Shown: one piece after another, positions 11,925 through 23,779 of the stretch | How positions within the stretch are numbered: the first letter of the stretch is position 1 | Layout: every line of letters starts with the position of its first letter | Assembly: GCF_006345805.1 (NCBI RefSeq) | Contig: NW_021831719.1 | Coordinates: 1 to 33,414, forward strand | Length of the DNA: 33,414 nt | Source: Octopus sinensis | Lineage: Eukaryota | Direction: 5' to 3' | Made by a program: the position numbers and the translations under genes | Notes under the pieces: model-generated | Databases searched by the model: none | What the model was told of the DNA's origin: nothing | Seen by the model: the letters and a program-made list of their open reading frames with translations, nothing else

Positions 11925-12070
11925 TTTACATTATTTACATTTGACGGATATTTGTCCTCATCTTGTTTGTTGTTAGCACAACGTTTCGGCTGATATACCC
12001 TCCAGCCTTCATCAGGTGTCTTGGGGAAATTTCGAACCTGGGTTCTCTTTCCTAAGGTATTTTTCGACAT
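11925..12070 (-). mobile_element. Penelope-like terminal remnant carrying a hammerhead motif
   Basis: Contains the CTGATGA..CGAAACGTT configuration characteristic of Penelope-like element termini; no ORF. Confidence 0.6.
11976..12020 (-). ncRNA. Minimal type-I hammerhead ribozyme motif
   Basis: GACAC-CTGATGA-A-GGCTG(10-nt loop)CAGCC-GAAA-CG-TT-GTGC: intact core, 5-bp stem II, palindromic stem III (AACGTT), short stem I (CAC/GTG). Confidence 0.7.
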
Positions 12071-12075
12071 TGTTG

Positions 12076-12142
<67 letters not shown>

Positions 12143-12145
<3 letters not shown>

Positions 12146-12331
12146 AAAAGTCACAGCTTATTTTGCTGGGTATGATGGAAAGTGTCAACTGTCCACAGCC
12201 AGCAAGCTGGGGTGACACTTGTTAACTGGTCATGCTTCAAGAACTCTGCGAAGAATTCTTGCAGTTCCAAGCAATGCTGAATTTTGTAGGTGGTCTATAC
12301 CTTTACACTTGCACCAATATTTTTCAGCCAT
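12143..12331 (-). mobile_element. Very short R4/Dong-like 3' end (family B) embedded in (TTA)n
   Basis: WLKNIGASVK..QNSALLGTARILRRVLEA* plus a UTR very similar to 10512-10700; (TTA)n on both sides. Confidence 0.9.
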
Positions 12332-12599
<268 letters not shown>

Positions 12600-13163
12600 A
12601 CTCTTTCATTTTATATAGCTGCATGTTTAAAGTTTCTTTTTTTTACCGTTTTGTTTACACGGTGTACAGCGATTGTTGTGTTTTGGTTGGGTTGGGGAGC
12701 GGGGTGGGTCGGTTGTTCTGACTTGGTTTTACTGTTGTTGTACTCTGTGCATTACTTCCGGTTTGTTGTTAAACACTAATAGTCTTATTTCCGGTGTTTT
12801 GTGCTACGTTTTTAGCGATTCGATATTTCATTAGGTGTGTGTGTGTGTGTATATGAGTATGTGTGTAAGTGTGTGTGTGTCTGTGTGTTAGTGTGTGTGT
12901 GTGTGTGTGATGTTTGAGCTGGTGGAGTTTCGACTCCTTTTTCATGTTTTTTGTTCTGTTTTATACAGAAAGCTTTTCACGCTTGGTGTTAATTCATTTG
13001 ATTTCTTTTCCGTCAGTAATTTACCAGTCGGTATTCCAGCCATGACCAACTCATCTTTTTTTATACCATATACTTTCAATGATTACATTTTAATTTTTTT
13101 CCTCTTTTAAGATGATAGTAAGCAGTTCTGGGTGGGGGAAGGTATTCGGTCCATATTCTAGCG

Positions 13164-13373
13164 CAGTGTTTCCCAAACTGGGGTCTTAATACCCCCCGGG
13201 TGGGGGGGATGCTAAAATACATTTCAGACGGTGTTGGAAATTCGAATTAAATCGGTGCCTTTTGAATAACACCACTGAAGGAAGTAGGGGATATTTAAGG
13301 GTGGGAGTGGCTGGTGATTAATTCGATTTGTCAATAAAGGGGTACGAGACGAGCAAAATGTTAGGAGACACAG
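13164..13373. mobile_element. hAT/Charlie-like MITE (210 bp)
   Basis: Termini CAGTGTTTCCCAAAC ... GTTAGGAGACACAG; 8-bp flanks TTCTAGCG and TTCTAAGG resemble the NTCTAGAN target-site duplication. Confidence 0.75.
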
Positions 13374-13703
13374 TTCTAAGGGATCCAAGGGCCTGCATAG
13401 TGGCCCCTGCGGCGAGAACACTTGAACTATCGATTACAACTAGTCGTTGGAGCTACTCCCTATATGCCATCAGTCAGCTCGGCCAGAGTTAAGCTGGAGG
13501 TCTCTAACTACAACAACACTAACAAACAACAACAACAACAACAACAACAACAGCAACAGCAGCAACATCAGCAACGCCGACGATGCCGACGACAATAGCA
13601 AGAAAAATGCACTTCCAAGATTCCATGTCGGAAGTGAATACGTGGAAAACGTAGCCATATTGCTTCCGTCCTACATTGAGCGGCGTCTGATCGTTGATGC
13701 GTG

Positions 13704-13758
<55 letters not shown>

Positions 13759-13999
13759 GGTAATATGGTGCGAGGTTATGGCGCTCATACAGTCTTTGTG
13801 GTCATTACGGCATGTCGGAGAGATTGTAGAGTTGGAGCTAAAAATAATGCAACGCAAACGGAACAAAAAAAAAAAGAATGACATAAAAAAAACTCAACCA
13901 TTTTAACTAATATTTTTTTTTTTTTATTAAATCATTTTGACGAAAAATAACAACAACAACAACTAGCAAACAAATCACAATTCCATTTATTATTATCGA

Positions 14000-14100
14000 T
14001 GGGTGGTAGGTTGGCAGAATGGTTAGATCATCGAACAGAATGCCTCGTGCTATTTCTTCTAGCACTTTATGCTCTGGGTTCAAATCCTGCCTAAAGTACT
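14000..14100 (+). mobile_element. Type-1 SINE head fragment
   Basis: GGTTGGCAGAATGGTTAG ... GGGTTCAAATCC. Confidence 0.65.
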
Positions 14101-14184
14101 AATCTCAGTTTGCCACTGTCAACCCGCTGCTGACCTTGCTGAACCGTTGCCAAACATAGGAAGGGTAATCATTATTGTTGTTGA

Positions 14185-14401
14185 AGCGGCGAGCTGGCAG
14201 AATGGTTAACACGCCGAGAAAAATGATTAGCAGTATTTCGTCCGTCTATACGTTCCGAGTTCAAATTTCACCGAGGTCAATTTTGCCTTTCTTGGGTTTT
14301 TTTCGGTGTCGAAAATAAGTACCAGTGAAATAAGTACCAGTCGATGTAATCGGCTAACCTTCTCCCCCAAAATTCAGGCCTTGTGCCTATAGCAGAAAGG
14401 A

Positions 14402-14432
<31 letters not shown>

Positions 14433-14455
14433 TATTATTATTATTATTATTATCA
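14185..14455 (+). mobile_element. Type-1 SINE, full length, tail B plus (ATT)n
   Basis: GCGGCGAGCTGGCAGAATGGTTAAC head, GAGTTCAAATT B-box, core, tail GGCCTTGTGCCTATAGCAGAAAGG(ATT)n. Confidence 0.88.
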
Positions 14456-14457
14456 TC

Positions 14458-14840
14458 CTCTTTTTTTTTTCAGTTTTGTTTCCATTTCTTACCGAGTGTC
14501 ATCCCGAAACCTAGGGCAAAAAAACTCACTGTATACATTGGGTAGGCCATTAAAATAAACACACCAGATTGTTCATTTACAAAGTCATGTGACAGAAAGA
14601 AAGAAAAAGAAAAGAAAAATATATTTTTAAATTGAGAAAAAAATGCCAGAAAGAAAGCAAAGAAAATTCCCGGTGACAATGTACCCTTGTCAATGCGCGT
14701 GACCCGTCACCAGCGAAGAGCATCTTTTGTACTTCCTAAATGCATGGTAAGTCAAGGATTATCCTCAGATAATCTTCAGTTTCTTTTTGGATCATTCCAA
14801 GTGCTCTTACAATAAATTATTCGATTTGCTGCAGGATTTA
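14458..14840 (-). mobile_element. R4/Dong-like 3' fragment (family-A-like), tail-to-tail with the SINE (ATT)n
   Basis: IVRALGMIQKETEDYLRIILDLPCI*EVQKM resembles [31 protein letters not shown]; the UTR ends in a poly-A run then (TAA)n. Confidence 0.7.
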
Positions 14841-14842
14841 AG

Positions 14843-16205
14843 TAGGTATGTGGGTATGTGGGTATGTTGGTATGTGGGTATGTGGATATGTAGGTATGTG
14901 GGTATGTGGATATGTGGATATGTGGGTATGTGGATATGTGGGTATGTGGATATGTGGGTGTGGGTATGTGGATATGTGGGTATGTGGATATGTGGGTATG
15001 TGGATATGTGGGTATGTGGATATGTGGATATGTGGGTATGTGGATATGTGGGTATGTGGATATGTGGGTGTGGGTATGTGGATATGTGGGTATGTGGATA
15101 TGTGGGTATGTGGATATGTGGATATGTGGGTATGTGGATATGTGGATATGTGGGTATGTGGATATGTGGGTATGTGGATATGTGGCTATGTGGATATGTG
15201 GATATGTGGGTATGTGGGTATGGGGGTATGTGGATATGGGGATATGTGGGTATGTGGATATGTGGGTATGTGGGTATGTTGGTATGTGGGTATGTGGATA
15301 TGTGGGTATGTGGATATGTGGGTATGTGGGTATGTGGATATGTGGGTATGTGGATATGTGGGTATGTGGGTATGTGATATGTGGGTATGTGGATATGTGG
15401 ATATGTGGGTATGTGGATATGTGGGTATGTGGATATGTGGGTATGTGGGTATGTGGATTGTGGGTATGTGGATGTGGGTATGTGGGTATGTGGATATGTG
15501 GGTATGTGGATATGTGGGTATGTGGATATGTGGGTATGTGGGTATGTGGATATGTGGGTATGTGGATATGTGGGTATGTGGGTATGTGGATATGTGGGTA
15601 TGTGGGTATGTGGATATGTGGGTATGTGGATATGTGGGTATGTGGATATGTGGGTATGTGGGTATGTGGATATGTGGATATGTGGGTATGTGGATATGTG
15701 GGTATGTGGGTATGTGGATATGTGGGTATGTGGATATGTGGGTATGTGGGTATGTGGATATGTGGGTATGTGGGTATGTGGATATGTGGGTATGTGGATA
15801 TGTGGGTATGTGGATATGTGGGTATGTGGGTATGTGGATATGTGGGTATGTGGATATGTGGGTATGTGGGTATGTGGATATGTGGGTATGTGGATATGTG
15901 GGTATGTGGATATGTGGGTATGTGGGTATGTGGATATGTGGGTATGTGGATATGTGGGTGTGGGTATGTGGGTGTGGGTATGTGGATATGTGGGTATGTG
16001 GATATGTGGGTATGTGGATATGTGGGTATGTGGGTATGTGGATATGTGCTTATGTGGATATGTGGGTATGTGGGTATGTGGATATGTGGGTATGTGGATA
16101 TGTGGATATGTGGGTATGTGGATATGTGGGTATGTGGATATGTGGGTATGTGGATATGTGGGTATGTGGGTATGTGGGTATGTGGATATGTGGATGTGTG
16201 GATAT
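14843..16205. repeat. 8-bp minisatellite TGG[G/A]TATG, about 170 units
   Basis: Two variants, TGGGTATG and TGGATATG, interspersed; rare 6-bp TGGGTG units near 14955, 15065 and 15955. Confidence 0.97.
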
Positions 16206-16213
16206 ATGGATTA

Positions 16214-16975
16214 CTACCTGTAACCTAAGATATCCACAAGCTCTCAATAATTTTCCGAATGCTAAAAACCCTTCTGATAATAATTTTTCTTGTCCCCAAG
16301 AGGCAAACTTACTGTAGAAGCTCTCCAAGACATTCTCTTCCAATTTCCTTCAACCATTTCTCTATATCTTTACTCACCGTTCCTAATGCACCACTTATTA
16401 CAGACACGACCTTTATTACATCCTTCATATTCCAAATTCTTTCTATTTCAAATTTTTCATCTTCTTTCTTTACAATCCTGGAACCAAACAAACCTAGTGG
16501 TTCAATCAATAAGCAACTTCGCTTTTCCTTGTCTCTTATCTTCATGTCTGGTCTACTATTTTCTTGCTTCTTATCCATTTGAATGGAAAATCCCACAGAA
16601 TCTTGCTTTTCTCCCGCTCCAGCACTCTTTCAACCCGATCGTCATAACAACTACTTCCAACTTCAGTTCTCCATTCCTGGCACAGTTTCCAGTGCAAAAC
16701 TTTCACAACTTGGTCGTGCTTCCATTCCTTATATCCTCCCTGAGCCACCTTAGGACGTTCTGTAACAATATGGTGCCATTGTTTCATCCCAACTTCCACA
16801 CACACTGCATTTTGGTGACACCTTGTCCCGGACAAGTCATTTCTTTCTCCTCTTCTAGAAACATTCCAATAGGATTTTTTTTTTTATCTGTACTCACTCA
16901 TCCACAGAAATAAAACCTCTTTCATCCCGGACTCTCTTTAAGTACAAACGGTTAATATCAGCTTTCGGATATCAT
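16214..16975 (-). mobile_element. R4/Dong-like fragment (family C), decayed and internally deleted
   Basis: YPKADINRLYLKR (cf. [13 protein letters not shown]), SPKCSVC..DETM, HDQVVKVLHW, KILWDF, RPDMKI, SGALG. Confidence 0.85.
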
Positions 16976-17265
<290 letters not shown>

Positions 17266-17895
17266 TAGCCGCGTCAATCCAGTCTTTCCTTTTTCTGAAA
17301 ACTTTTTGCCTCACAACATTAACTTTGCCAGCACTTTACTTTACTATTTAGTTTTCAAGCAGAAGGTGTCACTGGGTATTTTGCCCACAGTCATTTCTTC
17401 TACTTATGACGTCACTCTGTTCATTCGCAACAACCTTATTTACTTATCTTGTCGTTCTAAAACCTTCATTAACAATTTGAATATGCCTCGATGAAGAGGT
17501 CTAATAAGTACGAAACATGCCCGAAGTTGTTACAGTACTGTTAAAGATTAGATTCACTCTCTTATTGCACTCTATAATCCATGATTGCTAATTAGACAGT
17601 TAATTGCTCCTATGATTTACTTGAATTCATTCCAGAAAAATGACTTCCAGTATTCTAGCAGCCATTTTACCAAAGTATATCGAGGATTACATTATCCAGT
17701 CCATCTTATATTTTGAAGATGCTTGAGCGTAAGATTTGACTCGTCCAGCCTAAGGCTCACTCGGTTCGAAAGTATATGTCAAGACACACACACACACACG
17801 CACACACACACGCACACACACACGCACGCACACACACACTCAAATATGCATACGGGCATAAAACATCTACTCTCTCACCTTACTTCTCTTATCTG

Positions 17896-17932
<37 letters not shown>

Positions 17933-18105
17933 CGCGCAAAGGTAAGACCCAAGGATGAAGATGTATGAAGTTAGTAAGCTTCGAGCAGTCCGTAGAAGGT
18001 ATAAAAACAACTTTCAGGGGCAATTGTGGTTTTTTGGCGTAGAAGGTTTTTAAATGTTACCCATATCGAAGTTAGTACTATTATAGTATTAATAATAGTA
18101 TTATA

Positions 18106-18286
18106 GATCACCGCGCAATGACTAAAGAAAATAGTCTAATAATGGTTTTTCCGTACGGGTGGGACTCGAACACACACCTCTTTGTTTTCGCGAAAAGCGT
18201 CGTCAAGAGCTTATATGCACCAGTATTAGACCATTTTCTTTCGTCATTGCTCGGTGATCGCTTGTAAGATTGAAGCTTATAAAATA
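18106..18286. mobile_element. Fold-back/MITE element, diverged relative of 32681-32895
   Basis: 40-bp inverted arms 18106-18145 and 18220-18259 (36/40); right terminus GAAGCTTATAAAATA as in the 32.7-kb copy. Confidence 0.75.
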
Positions 18287-18298
18287 CTGTTATATATA

Positions 18299-18380
<82 letters not shown>

Positions 18381-19029
18381 GAATTATATAGAGGGCATTA
18401 TTACACATAAATGCCTCACGCTCGGAGGGACTCTTAAAGTCAAAACTACTAAAATAAATAAGCTTATCGCACTGAATGCAACTCTCGAAGCAAGTCATTT
18501 AAAAATAGAATTCAGCTGCAGATCACCTGTGATTTCGTAATCAGTGCAGTGGTTTGCACCCTTTACTCATCAGTGTGAGCATAATTCAAGATTTATAATG
18601 AATGAACAAAATCAACATACCAGACGAAAAAAAACCATCATATCCACAGTAGTATATAGAACTGTTCACCCCTTATACATCTATGTAAATGGCTATTTTT
18701 TCTCTTATGAGGTTTTTCACGCTTACTACTTGATAAATTCTTATGAAGATTTTATTCTATTTTTAAATTATATATATATATATATACAACATGAAAAAGT
18801 AGGGTAGGGTACATGCCAGATACAATTCATTCATACCATTTGTTCTCTACGCACGTTTCGTTGTTGTGGCTTTTTGCATCCTCTCAGCAGTGGGTGTTCA
18901 TAGAGCCTTTCGATGCAACTCTTCAACGGTTCTTCAAGAAAATACTTTGTGTTAGTACAGCAAATAGGCGGTATCAATATTGGTTTAGAATTGGCAGAAA
19001 GCCGGCGGTTTTTGGGAAGGAGCTAAACC

Positions 19030-19146
19030 TATTAAACCCAGGATTGGATGAAAGGATGAAAGGCAAAGTCTATCACGCGTCACATTGTAGGGCTGAACCC
19101 GGAAACATGTGGTTGGTAAGCAAGCTTCTTACCACACTGCCAGTCC
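19030..19146 (-). mobile_element. Chimeric SINE: type-2 head joined to type-1 core
   Basis: GCAGTGTGGTAAGAAGCTTGCTTACCAACCACATG..GGGTTCAG then GACTTTGCCTTTCATCCTTTC. Confidence 0.65.
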
Positions 19147-19159
19147 TAGTATTAACACA

Positions 19160-19235
19160 AAGGCGATGAGCTGTCAGAATCGTTAGCCCGTCGTGTAAAA
19201 TGCTTAGCAGCATTTCGACCGTCTTTAGATTCGTT
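19160..19235 (+). mobile_element. Type-1 SINE head fragment
   Basis: AGGCGATGAGCTGTCAGAATCGTTAG..AAATGCTTAGCAGCATTTCG. Confidence 0.7.
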
Positions 19236-19348
19236 AGTTTCTTGAAAACTTCATAACCCCGAAATATTGAATGCAAAGTAAGTCTACATTAATTCATATA
19301 TTTGTTTCTCTCTCTCTCTTCTCTCTTCTCTCTCTCTCTCTATCTCTA

Positions 19349-19410
<62 letters not shown>

Positions 19411-20647
19411 ATGGGTTGGCAACTAAGTTCCCGCCGTTTTTTTAAATTTTGGAATTTATTGCGCTTTTAAATTTTGGAATCTATCTTCTTCGAAAATTCT
19501 ATTTTTGAATCATTTTTTAATCTATTTTTTTTTTAGTTAATTTTAGTTAATTTTTGTTTATTTTCAGATCATTAAAATGGAATGTCAAGTTAAGAAAAAC
19601 GAACATTTTCGACATCTCCTTCTTTTTGCTTTTAATCAAGGTTCTAAGGCTGCAAAAGCTGCTCGCGACGTTTGTGCTGTGTATGTAGAGGGTGCCATAG
19701 CTGAAAGAACCGCTCGTGAATAGTATGCCAAGTTCAAAAATGGTAATTTTGACCTCAAAGACGCACCTCGTTCTGGCCGTCCAGTTGAGTTCGATGAAGA
19801 ACGATAAAACCAACTTTTGCACGAAAATTCTCGTCACACGACAAGGGAACTGGCAGAGAAAACGGGATGCTCCCACATTGCTATAGAGAAGCATCTTCAC
19901 TCAATGGAAAGGGTTCAGAAGTAAGGAACATGGGTTCCGCATGCTTTAAGTGACAACAACAAAAATCAGCGTGCTACAATCTCCGCTGGTTTGCTTGCTC
20001 GTCACCGCTCAGCTCTTTACCAAATCGTTACTGGCGACGAAAAATGATGCCTGTACATCAATATGAAGCAGCGTAAGGAATGGCTTAGCTCCGGTAAACA
20101 AGCGACAACGCGCGTGAAACAAGATCTTCATCTGCGTAAAACGGGAAGGGATTATCCATTACGAATTGCTTGAACGGAACCAAACGGTCAACGCGGAACT
20201 CTATGTTCAACAGATGGAACGTCTCAGCACGGCTATTCAAGAGAAAGGACCTAACCGGCAGCATGGAGTTCTGCTGCACGACAACGCTCGCCCTCATATC
20301 GCCAATATGACCAAGGAAGCCATTCAAACGCATGGCTGGGAAGTGCTGCCACACCCGCCGTACTCTCCTGATTTGGCACCAACGGAATTCCATCTCTTTC
20401 GATCTCTTTCAAATGCTATGCGCGGAGTTTCGTTCAATACTGATGCAGAATTGAGAGCTTGGTTGGATCGATTTTTCGAGTTGATATCGGGTGGTTTCTA
20501 CCAACGAAGTATTGAAAATTTTGTTGAACGTTGGGAAGAAGTTGTAAACAACAAGGGTGAATACATTATTGATTAATTAGTTGTTATTTTTTATTAAAAC
20601 TTAAAAAAAAAATTAAAAACACGGCGGGAACTTAGTTGCTAACTTAC
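19411..20647 (+). mobile_element. Full-length decayed mariner DNA transposon (1237 bp)
   Basis: ~30-bp TIRs 19411-19440 and 20618-20647 sharing GCAACTAAGTTCCCGCCGT; left flank TA within (TA)n. Confidence 0.95.
19577..20576 (+). pseudogene. Mariner transposase pseudogene
   Basis: MECQVKKNEHFRHLLLF, RSGRP, WVPHAL, VTGDEK, HDNARPH, HPPYSPDLAPTEFHLF; at least four stops and a small frameshifting deletion near 20145. Confidence 0.95.
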
Positions 20648-20649
20648 TC

Positions 20650-20809
20650 GAGTAAAAATTATTTGCTGACAGAATGTGGCAGTCCTGGTTAGGATTGGCT
20701 ATACGACACATTATCTGCGTCGTTATACGATGTTTCCTGGCGCTAAATAACAGTAACAATCGTCCTAACTAGGACAGCCACATTCTGTCGGCAAAGAAAC
20801 TTTATTCTC
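20650..20809. mobile_element. Small hairpin MITE-like element
   Basis: 33-bp inverted arms 20662-20694 and 20763-20795 (TTTGCYGACAGAATGTGGCWGTCCTRGTTAGGA), imperfectly extendable outward. Confidence 0.7.
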
Positions 20810-20854
20810 TCTCTATCTCTCTCTTCCTCTCATTTTCTTTCCCTCCCTCTTTAT

Positions 20855-21780
20855 ATATATATCTTCTACCAATGTAAAGACGGGATCACCACACAGGAGA
20901 GAATTAACAAGGAGAATCTCTTTATTGAAAAATTCCAAACACAACTTAATATGCAAACTCCTCGTTGATCAAACTTCCTTTCTCTACCTCACTCTTCATG
21001 GATGGACTAACACAAATATATAAAGATACCATGCATTCATCACTTCAAGCTAAAACTTATATTCTTTAAATATCATTTTTACTATTGTTGTTATTACTAT
21101 CATTTTTATTATAAATGATATGACAATTTGAAATGCAATTGTCTATGCAGATTTATATTATTAGAAAATAATATAAATAAAGTGTTAAAATCTGAAAGTT
21201 AAGTTAACAAGCAATTATATAAAAAGATAATGCAAATGAAGCTAAAATGATAGTTTTATAATTTGGGTTTTATTGAAGAACTCAAAAGAGTTGTCTCCCC
21301 TTACTCACAACACAGGAACTGAAGAACCAGGACCACAATTACTACTACTTCCTGTCCTGCAAACATGCTGAATTTAACAACACAACACAACACATGCTCT
21401 TAATCCCTTTGGATCTTAACACCTCAATGTAATTTTTTCGTAAACAACCATAAAACTCAAGATACACAACGAACTCACAATGTATCGGAGAACTTATTTT
21501 TTAATTTTTGTACATTTTTATCATTATTCTTTTACAAAAAACAATGCAATTTTCTTTTTTTCCCCTTTCTAATTTTTAAAAAAACTTCTTAAAACATAAA
21601 TATTCTTGACAAGTCATACAATGACGAAAACCGGTTGAATAAATATATATTTATATATTTTATCAATTTCTCATTTTATTAAAAAATTTTTCTTTCATTT
21701 GAGCATTCTGCATTTTTAAAAAAATTTTTCGTTACTTATCATTTCTCCACGTGCGGTCAACACAACCCCACCATTTATTG
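20855..21780 (+). mobile_element. Penelope-like element 3' fragment (endonuclease C-terminus plus long UTR)
   Basis: 20861-20968 IFYQCKDGITTQERINKENLFIEKFQTQLN resembles the PLE GIY-YIG C-terminal R..KE..FI...LN motif; hammerhead-like motif at 21601-21641. 3' boundary approximate. Confidence 0.65.
21601..21641 (+). ncRNA. Degenerate minimal hammerhead ribozyme motif
   Basis: TATTC-TTGACAA-GTCAT(ACA)ATGAC-GAAAA-CCGG-TT-GAATA: perfect stems I and II, palindromic stem III, mutated core. Confidence 0.55.
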
Positions 21781-21781
21781 A

Positions 21782-21870
<89 letters not shown>
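21782..21870. repeat. (TA)n microsatellite
   Basis: Direct inspection. Confidence 0.97.
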
Positions 21871-21873
<3 letters not shown>

Positions 21874-22292
21874 AAATTTTTAGTACAATGTTAATAATAA
21901 TATATTTAAATTTATATTTTATTATAGATAATATCTTTCATTTTTAATTGAATTACTTTATGGAGGTTCTGTCTCTTAATTCTCTCGAACCCGGACCGCC
22001 TTCTGTTGATATAATTATAGCAAAAGGGTGTGGAAAAGCACACCAACACGCTTGAAATAGATGCTATAGACCACCTATTATCTTACTCCGTTAGCACAGG
22101 TTGAAAGCGGGCTAGTGAATCAATCATATTTTTAAAAAGAGGGTTACCTATAGATCGATTTCTGGCTTAGGGAATCAATTTGCCTCTGCTGTCTTCAGTA
22201 TAAGATACGAGAAGTATATATATGTAGATATTTATACATATTATATGAACAAGTTATATCCACACGAATATCTACACACATCTACATGTGTG

Positions 22293-22359
<67 letters not shown>

Positions 22360-22365
22360 ACATAT

Positions 22366-22443
<78 letters not shown>

Positions 22444-22446
<3 letters not shown>

Positions 22447-22588
22447 TTTTCTACTCTAGGCACAAAGTCCAAAATTGTTTGGGCGGGGGCCAGTCAATTG
22501 GATCGAACCCAGTACGCAACTGGTACTTAATTTATCGACCCCGAAAGGATGAAAGGCAAAGTCGACCTCGGCGGAATTTGAACTCAGA
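22444..22588 (-). mobile_element. 5'-truncated type-1 SINE, tail B, inside (TA)n
   Basis: Core intact; tail GTGCCTAGAGTAGAAAAGG-(AT)n; (TA)n on both flanks. Confidence 0.88.
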
Positions 22589-22792
22589 CATATATATATA
22601 TATACGCACGCGCATGTGTGTGTGTGCATATGCATACATTAATTAAATCAAGGAAGAAAAGAGAATTCCCTACGGTTTCCACTTATGAGTTTCGCCAACT
22701 GACCCTAGAATAATTTCTGTTTGATTTATCTTTGATAAACGAAGAGTTGGAGCAGAGTTATCCGTTTATCTTTTGACGATCAAAACACACCC

Positions 22793-22822
22793 ATGTTGTC
22801 ATTTGAATTGTCCTTTTGGAAG

Positions 22823-22917
<95 letters not shown>

Positions 22918-23779
22918 CCTATACGCGCTGAGACTGCGACATCTCCGGCTCTATGTAGACGACGGTGAACAGGTGTGGTCGCCGTTTGTGAGGCACACAT
23001 TCCCGCAACTCGTCTCCATGACCGAACTGCAGTCGTGGATCAAAAAGAGGCCGAGGAAGGGCGAATGGCACCGCGAGTGTCGCGTTGCTCTCAAGCAACT
23101 CTGCCGTCCCGGGTCGACCTTGAGTGACTTCAACAAAACCAAAGCATTCTATAGGGGATTAGTGGAGGGGAGGTACGACGACGATCTCGGGGCAAACCTG
23201 GGCGTCGACGAGGAATACCTGACCCGCCTGTTTCAAACGACTTTCGGCCCGGGACCTATGGACAACTTCCAGAGATCCCTGGCCTGGCGGTGCTACCGAG
23301 AAGCGCTACCCGTTCGGGATAAGCTCTATAGGCATGGCTCGAGAAACACGGGGCCGACCTGCCCGAGATGCGGGCAGAGCGACGAAACCGCTCTGCACGC
23401 AATCGTGCAGTGTCCAGCAATTTCCGACCTGTGGGCTTATGTCGAACGACTGCTGTCACGTGTGGGACGAGTCGGTTTATCAGCCGAGTCTATCGTTAAT
23501 ATCGTCACGCCTCCTTCCTTCAAACGGGAAGGAAGAGCTATTTTTATCATACTTGTGGCTATGGCGAAAGAATGTATCTGGTGGACGCGCCTGAAAGGAT
23601 TAGAGACAAACACTTTCCTCTCTGGTCAATCTCTCATCAACTTCTTCAAGTATCACTTGAAGAGGAAAGTGAGAGTAGAGAGGCAAGTTTTGTCTAGTGA
23701 ATGTTTTAAAAAAGGATGGGTGAATGTAGCAAGGATGGCACGTATGAATGACGAAGCCACCTTGACTATGATTCTATGA
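22793..23779 (+). CDS. 328-aa ORF: upstream ATG, (SIYL)n from the microsatellite, then intact Tx1 ORF2 C-terminal region
   Basis: Frame is open through (CTAT)n into the LINE; the product is probably not expressed. Confidence 0.35.
22825..22920. repeat. (CTAT)n, 5' flank of Tx1 copy 1
   Basis: Direct inspection. Confidence 0.97.

Noticed and set aside
13400-13510. Possible twister/HDV-like ribozyme (minus strand TTAACTCTGGCCGAGCTG)
   Set aside because: Could not find the required pairing partners or conserved downstream motif.
14185-14270. SINE heads as tRNA genes (also 480-570, 3497-3560, 26900-26987)
   Set aside because: A/B boxes are present but there is no cloverleaf; they continue into SINE core and tail.
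14787-16317. Long Cys/Gly/Trp/Val/Met-rich ORFs (196-489 aa)
   Set aside because: Open in all three frames because the 8-bp unit has no stop codon; no unique coding flanks.
17487-17521. Hammerhead-like CTCGATGAAG...CGAAACATGCC
   Set aside because: Core has an insertion and stems I and II do not pair; at most a decayed remnant.
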